Shown here: positions 52,941-61,619 of the stretch, one piece after another
How the letters are laid out: each line of letters starts with the position of its first letter
Numbering within the stretch: the first letter of the stretch is position 1
Assembly (NCBI GenBank): GCA_963842945.1
Contig: CAWJIM010000005.1
Location: 96,001 to 160,000, forward strand
DNA length: 64,000 nucleotides
Reading direction: 5' to 3'
DNA from: an uncultured Gemmatimonadales bacterium
Lineage (GTDB): Bacteria; Gemmatimonadota; Gemmatimonadetes; Gemmatimonadales; GWC2-71-9
The notes under the pieces: model-generated
Databases searched by the model: none
Told to the model about the DNA's origin: nothing
Seen by the model: only the letters and a program-made list of their open reading frames with translations
Program-made: the position numbers and the translations under genes

Positions 52941-53930
52941 CCTGAGCGCAGCGAAGAGCTCGGATCATCTGACCCGTCACTCCCGATCCGATCACATGGA
53001 TCTGCTCCGACGACAACAGCACCACCATCCGAAGCAGGAACCCGCCCAGCAAGCACCAGCGACTGCACTCCGCAACCAAGCCTGCTGGCAGTGTGCCTCG
53101 CGTCCGCTTCGAGGACAAGCGGTACCAGGATGCCGACTCCGACCACACCGATCAGCAGCAGCACAGCCCCACCAGCTCAGGAACACCCGCGCCACCGAGC
53201 CCAGCGATACCAGAAATGCAATCAGCACCACCAGCTCCAGGATCAGCACGTTGCGGTCGAACCAGATCAGCCAGCTCAGCGACGCGGGATCGGCCGCTCG
53301 CCGCCGGATCGCCGAGCAGGATCAGCGCCGCCGCCCCGGTGGACGCGCCGGAGACCAGGAAGAGGAGACCGAGCAGATGGGAGTCGGCCCAGATCGGACG
53401 GTTGGTGACCGCGAGCAGCACCCCGGTGTAGCCGGCGATGAAGAGCCCGAAGATGCTCCCCAGCACCGCGATGACCACCGAGGGACCGCGGCGGCGGAGG
53501 AACCGCACCGGGGCTGACTGGAGCAGCCGCAGGTTCGGCCGGTCCTCACTCAGCGCGGCGAGCGCTGCCAGGAACGAGAACAACCCGAACAACAGCAGTC
53601 CCCACGACGCCGACCGACATCGGCTCCCACGCCTTGAACATCGGCTTGCCGGTGTGATTCTCGATCAGCATGTGCCAGAAGCGGAGCGGCCGGGTGAGAT
53701 CGACGGTGAGCAGGAAGCCGCTGATCAGCACGCCCATGAATGCCAGATAGTAGCCCAGGCGGACCATCGGGGTGCGGAGGAGCGGCGGAAGCGGACCCGG
53801 AAGTCGAGCCTCCGAACACATGCAGCAGCGACGCCAGCATGAACGCCGTCCCCGCGATCCCGCCAATGAAGAAGTAGAGGATGATCCACCAGGTCCAGTG
53901 CGGCGCCGCGGTGAAGAAGGTGTCAGACAT
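52937..53930 (-). CDS. nrfD: NrfD/PsrC-family membrane anchor, several frameshifts
   Basis: W.WWIILYFFIGGIAG, DL.RP.RFWHM, PMSVG, YTGVLL..TNRPIW. Confidence 0.88.
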
Positions 53931-54780
53931 CCGCGCCTCCCTCCCCGCGTCCGGCTTCCCGCCTCCCCGCTTTCGTCCATCCGCCGCTTCCGCAGGCCGA
54001 CCAGTCCGAGCAGCGCAAGCACCACCGCGCCGGCGGCGGAGAAGAGCGACGACGGGAATCAGGTTCCGGGTGGGCATCTTGGGCGACGTGGGCAGACCCG
54101 TACACCTCCGGCTGATCCACCAGGAGGTAGAACGAGTTCAGCCCGCCGAGGAACTTGTCGTCGGCGCCGTACAGGTAGGCCCGCTTCTCTCCCAGGGTGT
54201 GCAGCTGCTCCACCCGGGCCTGGGCCATCTGCCTGCAGCTCGCGAATGGTGCCGAACCGGATCGAGTCGGTGGGGCAGGCCTGGGAGCACGCCGGCTCCA
54301 TGCCCGCCTGCAGCCGGTCGTAGCAGAGGGTGCACTTCTGGGCGACGTTGGAGACGTCGTTGATGTCGATGACGCCGAACGGACAGGCGCGCGATGCAGG
54401 CCCGGCAGCCGTTGCAGGTGTCCGACTGGATCACCACCGTGTCGAACTCGGTGCGGATGATGGCGCCCGGTGGGGCAGACCTCGAGGCAGGGCGCGTTGA
54501 CGCAGTGCTTGCAGACGTCGCTCATCATCAGCCAGCGCCCGTCGGTCCGGTCCTCGCTGAACTGCTCGATGAACTTGACGTGCCGCCAGTGGATCCCGTC
54601 CAGCCGGCGGGTGTTGTCGTAGCTGTCGCCGCTCATCTCGTGCTGCCCGCCGCCGGTCGCGGGGAGCTGGTTCCACTCCTTGCAGGCCACCTCGCATGCC
54701 TTGCAGCCGATGCAGACGGTGGTGTCGGTGTAGAAGCCCATCGGTTCGACGGCATGCGAGCGGGTCCGCTGGACGGCCAC
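53923..54780 (-). CDS. Formate dehydrogenase iron-sulfur (beta) subunit, frameshifted
   Basis: DTTVCIGCKACEVACKEWN, DVCKHC..APCLEVCPTG, CNGC..C, PACSQACPT. Confidence 0.9.
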   Translation of the reverse strand: MAVQRTRSHAVEPMGFYTDTTVCIGCKACEVACKEWNQLPATGGGQHEMSGDSYDNTRRLDGIHWRHVKFIEQFSEDRTDGRWLMMSDVCKHCVNAPCLEVCPTGRHHPHRVRHGGDPVGHLQRLPGLHRAPVRSASSTSTTSPTSPRSAPSATTGCRRAWSRRAPRPAPPTRSGSAPFASCRQMAQARVEQLHTLGEKRAYLYGADDKFLGGLNSFYLLVDQPEVYGSAHVAQDAHPEPDSRRRSSPPPARWCLRCSDWSACGSGGWTKAGRREAGRGEGGADV

Positions 54781-54839
54781 GCTGCCGCCTCAGCCGCTGA
54801 ACCCGCCCCGCCGCCCAGCTGCCCCGCCGCCCCGCTTCA

Positions 54840-57800
54840 TCACGCCTTCTCCACGTTGCACACGAAGGCCTTGCCCTCGTGGATGCGTCACGTTGGGATC
54901 GCCGACCATGCGACGGTAAGGGTGTTCACCACGTCGCCGGTGACGACACCCTCCCAGCCCCAGTGCCAGGGCATGCCGACCTGGTGGACCACCTTGTCAC
55001 CCAGCCGGAACGGCCGCATCCGGCGGGTGACCAGCGCCTTGGCCCGGATCTGCGCCCGCGGCGTGCTGATCCGCACCCAGTCGGTGTTCTTGATGCCCTT
55101 TCTCGCTGGCCAGCTCGGGTGAGAGCTCGATGAACAGCTCCGGCATCAGCTCGGCGAGCCAGGGATTCCACCGGCTCATCACGCCGGACAGGTAATGCTC
55201 GGTGAGCCGGTAGGTGGTGATGACGTAGGGGAACCGCGGGTCGGCGACGGCGGCGAGCGGGTTGTCGTCGCGCTTCCAGTACTTGAGCACCGGGCTCGAC
55301 TGCTGCCGGTAGAGCGGGTTCCGCACCGGCGATTCGGCCGGCTCGTAGTGGGTCGGCAGCGGGCCGTCGAGCAGGCCCGACGGGTTGAAGAGCCAGCCCT
55401 CGCCGTCGGGGATCATGATGAACGGCTCCGTGCCCGAGAGCGCGTCGAGGCCGATCGCCTTCGGGTTGCCCGGCGCGTCGGCGCCTTGGTCTTGGCGAAA
55501 TCGGGCGTGTCGTAGCCGGTCCATTCGCTTTCCGTCCCACCAGACCCAGCTTCTTGCGCTCGCTCCAGGGCCGGCCCTGGAGATCGGCCGAGGCGCGGTT
55601 GTAGAGCACCCGCCGGTTGGCCGGCCAGGCCCAGCCCCAGTTGCGCTCGCGCGCCGTGCACGCCCGGCGGGTCGGGCTCCTTGCTGGCCGCGAGGTTCTG
55701 GTCGGGCGCGGGGTACACGCCGCAGTAGATCCACGAGGCGCAGGTGGTGGAGCCGTCGTCCTTCAGCTCGTCGAAGCCCGTCGAGATGCTGCTCCGGGTG
55801 GCCGGTGACGATAGCCATTGATCTCCCGCAGCACCTTGTGCGCGTCCGGCTCGCCCGGCGGGCCGATCGGACTCGCGATGCGGGCCGCCGCCCGCGCTCG
55901 CGATCCGGATCGAAGTCCCAGATCAGATTCTTGAACCCCTGGTCCCGCGGCAGGTCGCTCTCGGCGTAGAGCTTCTTCAGCCGCAGGGCGAGCTGGTGGG
56001 TGAACCAGAGATCGGAGCGGCAATCGCCCGGCGGCTCGGCCGCCTTGAAGTGCCACTGCAGCATCCGCTGGGTGTTGGTGAAGCTCCCCTCGGTCTCGGC
56101 GACCTGGGCCGCGGGGAAGAAGAACACCTCGGTCGCGATGTCCTCCGGCTTCACCTCGCCGGCCTCGACCTCCGGCGCCCGCTTCCAGAAGGTCGCGGTC
56201 TCGGTGAGGAAGTTGTCCTTGCACCACCAGCCACTCCAGCTTCCGCATCCCCTTGCGCTCCAGCGCGGCGTTGAGCGAGGTGGCCGGGTTCTGCCCGACG
56301 CAGAGCATGCCCTTCACCCGCCCGTCGGCCATGGCGACGAACATCGGCATGTGGGAGTGGTCGCCGGTGATCTTGGGGTGCCAGTCGTAGCCGAAGTCGT
56401 TCTCCGCGGTCGCCGCGTCGCCGTACATCGACTTGAGGTAGGAGACCAGGAACTTGGGCATGTTGGCCCAGTAGCTGGTGGCGATTCGCTTCGGTCGCGA
56501 GGTAGTCCCGGAGCGTCGCGTGATCCTTGAGCGCCGACGGGGCCGGCATGTAGCCGTGGATGCTGTGGTAGAGCGTGGGCACATCGGTCGAGCCCTGGAT
56601 CGAGGCGTGCCCCCGGAGCGCCATGATCCCGCCGCCCGGCCGGCCCATGTTGCCCAGCAGCAGCTGCAGCAGGGCGCAGCACCCGATCATCTGGGGGCCG
56701 TTGGTGTGCTGGGTCCAGGCGACCGCGTAGGCGAAGGACGGTGGTCCGGTCGCGGCCCGAGTTCTCCAGGATCGTCTGCGGCCACCTTGGTGAAGCGTGT
56801 CCGCGCGGGCAGCCGGTCACCTGCTCGCACCATCTCCGGGGTGTAGCGGCTGAAGTGGCGCTTGACCAGCTGGAACACGCAGCGCGGATGCTTGAGGGTC
56901 TGCGTCGCGCCGCGGCGGTCGGCTTGAGCAGCGAGCGGATGACCGTGCTCGAGCGGCTCGCCCGGCCGCGGCTTGCTGCTGCGCCTCCTTCCGCCCGGGC
57001 GCCGCATTCTCCTCGCCGCCCCGCGGCTGGCCCATCTCGTCGCCTGCTGGGCTCGTACTGCCAGGAGTCGGTCTGGTACTGGCCGACGAAGCCGTCGTAG
57101 GGCCAGCCCGGCTTGTTCCGCTTGTACTCCATCAGGCCGGAGAACACGCCGTCCAGCTCCTCCGTGTCCTTGAAGTCGGTCCGGACGATGCGTGGCGGCG
57201 TTGGTGTAGTTGAGCAGGTACTCCTGGAAGAACGGGTCGGTCTTCCACCGCTCGTTGTTGATCACGTAGTTGATCAGCCCGCCGAGGAAGGCGATGTCGC
57301 TGCCGGCGCGGATCGGCGCGTAGATGTCGCACATCGCGCTGGTGCGGGTGAAGCGGGGATCCACGTGGATCAGCTTGGCGCCGTGCTCGGTCTTGGCCTT
57401 CATCGGCCAGCGGAAGGCCACCGGGTGGCACTCGGCCATGTTGGAGCCCTCGAACACGATGCAGTCCGAGTGCTCCATGTTGCGCGGGTAGGTGGTCGCC
57501 GCGCCGCGACCGAGCCGGGTCCCCAGACCGGGGACGCTAGAGGAGTGTCATATTCGGGCCTGGTTTTCGATCGCGACCACGCCCAGCCCCCGCATCAGCT
57601 TCTGCTGCATGTGGTTCCACTCGTTGTCGAGGGTGGCGCCGCCCAGCGCGAAGATCGCGGTGGTCTGGTTGACCAGGGTGCCGTCGGCCAGCCGCTCGAC
57701 GAAGGTCTCGTCGCGGGTCTTCTTCACCAGCTGGGCCACCCGGTCCATGGCCCAGTCGAGCTCCACTTCCTCCCAGTCCGCCGCGCCCGGCTTCCGGTGC

Positions 57801-58129
57801 AGCACCTTGGTGGCGCGGTTGGGGTTCTTGTGCAGCTGGTAGATGGCCGCGCCCTTGGGGCAGAGGCAGCCCTCGTTGTGCGGACTGCGCTTGTCGCCCT
57901 CGATGTTCACGATCTCGTCGCCGATCGTGTGCACGATCGTGGCGCAGCCGACCGAGCAGTAGGGACAGACGCTCGGAGTGGCCTTGGCTTCTCTGATCCG
58001 GAGGGCTTGGGCGCGGGCGGTGGCCGGCGCCAGACTGGCGCCGAGCCCGAGGAGCGATCCGAGTGCGGTTCCCGGCCCCAGGCCGGCGGCGGAGGCCTGG
58101 AGGAATTCACGTCGGGAAAGCTGAGTCAT
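54840..58129 (-). CDS. fdnG: Tat-exported molybdopterin formate dehydrogenase alpha subunit (FdnG-type) with selenocysteine; many frameshifts
   Basis: SRREFLQ Tat signal, CPYCSVGC..LCPKG, ENQARI-UGA-HSS, GSNMAECHP, ALRGHASIQGSTD, TTYRLTEH. Confidence 0.92.
57519..57535 (-). promoter_or_regulatory. Bacterial SECIS hairpin
   Basis: GUCCCC-GGUCU-GGGGAC starting 12 nt after the in-frame UGA at 57548-57550. Confidence 0.85.
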
Positions 58130-58418
58130 ACTGCATCCTATTCCTGGCCGCTCGCGTGGATTGCGAGGGGCAGTCCCTCTTCAGAAAACGCAGCATGTCC
58201 GACGTTCGCTCGAACACCCGCACATCCGGCACCGGCAGCGCCAGCTCCCGGGGCTCCAGCTTCAGGTCGAGGTGAGGCCAGCGCCCGCCCAGGTGCAAGG
58301 CCGAGGGCGGAGCACCCACTCGAGCGCAGAACGCCCGCAGCTCGGCGAGGTCATTGCTGGTGGACAGCACGTGGGACCATCCCGGTGCCCAGAGATTCTC
58401 CCGATCCATGACGATCAT
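58107..58418 (-). CDS. DUF4031-like small protein
   Basis: WSHV....DLAELRAF..RVG.......HLDL resembles the family pattern; ATG overlaps upstream stop. Confidence 0.55.
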   Translation of the reverse strand: MIVMDRENLWAPGWSHVLSTSNDLAELRAFCARVGAPPSALHLGGRWPHLDLKLEPRELALPVPDVRVFERTSDMLRFLKRDCPSQSTRAARNRMQYDSAFPT

Positions 58419-59257
58419 GCGCCGATACCGGCTCCCAGGAACTCGACTGTCCGCCGTACGACCTCGCGGTCCCGCAGAATGGCGCGATGACCCAGACCGT
58501 TGGTGGTAAACAGCTCCGCTCCCGGCCATGCCTCCGCAATGGCGGAGCCATGGGCGTAGGGCACTTCCCGGTCGTTCCGGTCGTGGATGATGAGCACGGG
58601 CGCCGACATGCCGCGCGCGAGCGTGGGAATGTGGAGCTGGTCCCAGCTGATCTGCAGCCGGTTCTCCAGATTCCGCCGCATCAGGCTTCTCGCGCGCTCG
58701 GGGATCCGCAGATGTTCGGCAAAGGCGTGCGAGAAGAGGTACACGTCGGACGGAGGGGCCAGCAGCACGGCACGGGCCGGCTTGAGGCCATGCTTCATCG
58801 CCAGGGAGACCGCGGCGCCGCCGAGCGAGTGCCCCACCATTGCATAGGGCGGCTCGAAGACGCTCGCCACGTCGCGGATGGCGCGGGCGAACTGGGGCAG
58901 GGAAGCCTGCCGTCCCTCGGAGGCGCCGTGCGCCGGGGCGTCGAACAGCACCACCCGAAAACCCCGGGCGAGGAGCGCGGTCGCCATCTCGGTGAACCGG
59001 CCGGCTCTGGCTCCCCAGCCGTGCACCAGAATCACCATCGGTCCCTCGCCCCAGGTCCAGACCGCGAGCTGATGCCCGTCGCTGGGTACCCTCAGCCGGG
59101 TGCCCGTGGCGAGAAATGCCTCCTCCGCGGGTCGCGGATTGTTCCGGGGTGGCCGGCAGAAGATCGTCTCCGCCCACCGGGCGGCAACGCCGGGAGCCAC
59201 CGAACCCACTGTTCGGAAGGCGGTTCGAAGCACCCAGAGAGGAGGCGCGCTCTTCAC
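58415..59257 (-). CDS. Alpha/beta-fold hydrolase
   Basis: LVHGW, DAPAHG, GHSLGG, HDRND.EV, GLGH. Confidence 0.92.
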   Translation of the reverse strand: MKSAPPLWVLRTAFRTVGSVAPGVAARWAETIFCRPPRNNPRPAEEAFLATGTRLRVPSDGHQLAVWTWGEGPMVILVHGWGARAGRFTEMATALLARGFRVVLFDAPAHGASEGRQASLPQFARAIRDVASVFEPPYAMVGHSLGGAAVSLAMKHGLKPARAVLLAPPSDVYLFSHAFAEHLRIPERARSLMRRNLENRLQISWDQLHIPTLARGMSAPVLIIHDRNDREVPYAHGSAIAEAWPGAELFTTNGLGHRAILRDREVVRRTVEFLGAGIGA

Positions 59258-59362
59258 CCAGACAAGCTAACACGGTGACCATCATCACCCGGCGGCCGCC
59301 GGATAGGGCTTAGCTTGACCTGATCCAATTGAGCCGCCGCTTCCTTTCTACTGGAGAGACCC

Positions 59363-59728
59363 ATGTCCGACCCCAACGCCTTCGATCGCGTTTCACCGGC
59401 GGAAGATTCCACCTGGCAGGCCAGCTGGGAAACCGAGGACAACTACTGGACCGAGAACTTCTCCAGCCGCCCCTACGCCCTGGGGCCGGACTACTACGAT
59501 CGCTTTCGGCCGGCGTACCGCTACGGCTTCGAGTCGGCGCAGCACCACGTGGGCCGTGACTGGGATGAAGCCGAGCCCGATCTGCGGCAAGGCTGGGAGC
59601 GGTACGAGCACCGGGGCGAAACGCCCACCACCTGGGACGAGATCAAGCACGCGGTGCGGGACGCCTGGGACCGGGTGGTCGGCACCCAGCGCAGCGCCGA
59701 GACGCGCAAGCCCGAGGTTCGGGAGTAA
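59363..59728 (+). CDS. Hypothetical acidic/aromatic protein
   Basis: GGAG RBS; RPAYRYG, W...E..LR..WE, W...K.AVRDAWDR motif. Confidence 0.75.
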   Translation: MSDPNAFDRVSPAEDSTWQASWETEDNYWTENFSSRPYALGPDYYDRFRPAYRYGFESAQHHVGRDWDEAEPDLRQGWERYEHRGETPTTWDEIKHAVRDAWDRVVGTQRSAETRKPEVRE

Positions 59729-59737
59729 CTTTCGGGC

Positions 59738-60886
59738 ATGGCCGATTCGATCCGCGACCTCCTCTTCGGAGGAGTCGCCAATGCCCGCGAGCTGGTCGAG
59801 GCAATCGAGCCCCGCCGCTCGTTCGACGACGTGGTGCTGCCCCAGACCACGCTCCGCTCGCTCAACCACGCGCTGGCGCTGGTTCGGAAGCACGATCTGA
59901 TTTTCCACCAGTGGGGCCTGGCCGAGCGCCACTCCAGCGGACTCGGTCTGGCATTCCACTTTGCCGGCCCGCCCGGCACCGGCAAGACCATCTGCGCGGA
60001 GGCGCTGGCGTACGCGCTGAACAAACGGCTGCTGGTGGTGCGCTACGCCGAGCTGGAGTCGCGCTGGGTGGGACAGACGGCCAAGCATGTGGCCTCCGTC
60101 TTCCGCTCGGCCGCGCGGCAGGACGCCGTGCTCTTCTTCGACGAGGCCGACGCCATCGCCGGGCGCCGTTTCACCTCGATGAACGCGGCCTACGAGCGGG
60201 AGGCCAACGGCATCGTCAACGTGCTGCTGCACGAGCTGGAGACCTTTCCCGGCGTGGTCATCTTCGCCACCAACCTGGCCGCGAACATCGATCCCGCGTT
60301 CGAGCGGCGGATCCGGACCCACATCCTCTTCGACATGCCCAACGCGGAGGAGCGGGAGCGCATCTGGCGGGTCCAGCTCCACGCCCGGAAAACTCCGCTG
60401 GCCGACGACGTGGACTTTCAGGCCCTGGCCGAGGCTTACGCCAGAAGCGGGGGCGACATCAAGAACGCGGTGTTGAAGGCGGCCCAGATTGCCACCCTCG
60501 AGCCGGTCCCGGACCCGGAGAAACGAATTCACCAGCGCCACTTCATTCAGGGAATGGAGGAGGTCATCGCGGCGCAGGCGGTGATGTCTCAGTCGCTGTT
60601 CGATGAGCCGATTCCGGGCGGCGTGGACCGTCTCACCGAGACTCGTGAGGAGCTGCAGAGCGAGCTGGCGCTGCTGGCCGAGCGGTTCGAGGGTCTCGAG
60701 CGCACCATCCGGAAGCTTGCGGGGCAGCACTCGGCCACGCGGGGCGAGCTGGAGACTCGGCAGGGCCAAATTCTCGAAACCCTGAGCGCCGACCGCCGCC
60801 GCCGCGATCGCACCATGTACCTGCTGGTGGCGGGCGTGCTGCTCTTGGCTCTCGTCGCGCTGGTGCTGCCCTGGGTCAATAGCTGA
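59738..60886 (+). CDS. AAA+ ATPase with C-terminal coiled coil and TM anchor
   Basis: GPPGTGKT, LFFDEAD, FATN, IDPAFERRI; hydrophobic tail. Confidence 0.88.
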   Translation: MADSIRDLLFGGVANARELVEAIEPRRSFDDVVLPQTTLRSLNHALALVRKHDLIFHQWGLAERHSSGLGLAFHFAGPPGTGKTICAEALAYALNKRLLVVRYAELESRWVGQTAKHVASVFRSAARQDAVLFFDEADAIAGRRFTSMNAAYEREANGIVNVLLHELETFPGVVIFATNLAANIDPAFERRIRTHILFDMPNAEERERIWRVQLHARKTPLADDVDFQALAEAYARSGGDIKNAVLKAAQIATLEPVPDPEKRIHQRHFIQGMEEVIAAQAVMSQSLFDEPIPGGVDRLTETREELQSELALLAERFEGLERTIRKLAGQHSATRGELETRQGQILETLSADRRRRDRTMYLLVAGVLLLALVALVLPWVNS

Positions 60887-60899
60887 AGCTCGGTCCAGC

Positions 60900-61619
60900 G
60901 TGGATCTGAGCGACTGGACTCCCTACGCGGAGGCGATGTCCGCCTTTCATCGCGGCAATCGCGACGCGTACATGGTGGTGTACGACGATTATGAGCGCGA
61001 CGAAGTACCCCTCTCCTATTTCTTCCGCGGCCCCAACGAATTTCCCGAGGTAGAGCGGCTGGCCCTGAATCTGTGCCGTGGGCGGGTGCTCGATGTCGGC
61101 GCCGGCTCCGGCTGCCACACGCTCGCGCTGCAGGAACGCGGACTTCAGGTCACCGCGATCGAGATCCTGCCGGAGATGGTGGACATCTTGAAGGAGCGAG
61201 GCGTACGGGACGCCCGCCAGGCAACCTGGATGGATCTGCTGGACGAGCCGTTCGATACCGTCCTGATGATGATGAACGGGCTCGGCCTGACCGAGACGTT
61301 GCCCGGATTGCGCCGCTTCTTCCGGCGGGCTCGGCGGTTGGTCAAGCCTGACGGCCAGGTGCTGGCCGATTCCACCGATGTGCGGGTGCGGATGGAGCCG
61401 AAGGCGGGGCGATCCGGCGGCTCAACCCGTCTCGATGGCCGCTACGTGGGCGAGCTGCACTTTCAAATCGAGTTCGAGGGCCGCAAGGGCCCGCCGTTTG
61501 CCCAGCTGTACGTCGATCCCGCGACCCTGGACCGCTCCGCCCGGAGTGAAAAGTGGAGCTGCGAGATCATCCATCCGCCCGATGAGTACGGCCACTACCT
61601 GGCTCGTCTCACCCCTTGA
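60900..61619 (+). CDS. Class I SAM-dependent methyltransferase
   Basis: VLDVGAGSG, FDTVLMMMNG, LVKPDGQVL. Confidence 0.9.
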   Translation: MDLSDWTPYAEAMSAFHRGNRDAYMVVYDDYERDEVPLSYFFRGPNEFPEVERLALNLCRGRVLDVGAGSGCHTLALQERGLQVTAIEILPEMVDILKERGVRDARQATWMDLLDEPFDTVLMMMNGLGLTETLPGLRRFFRRARRLVKPDGQVLADSTDVRVRMEPKAGRSGGSTRLDGRYVGELHFQIEFEGRKGPPFAQLYVDPATLDRSARSEKWSCEIIHPPDEYGHYLARLTP

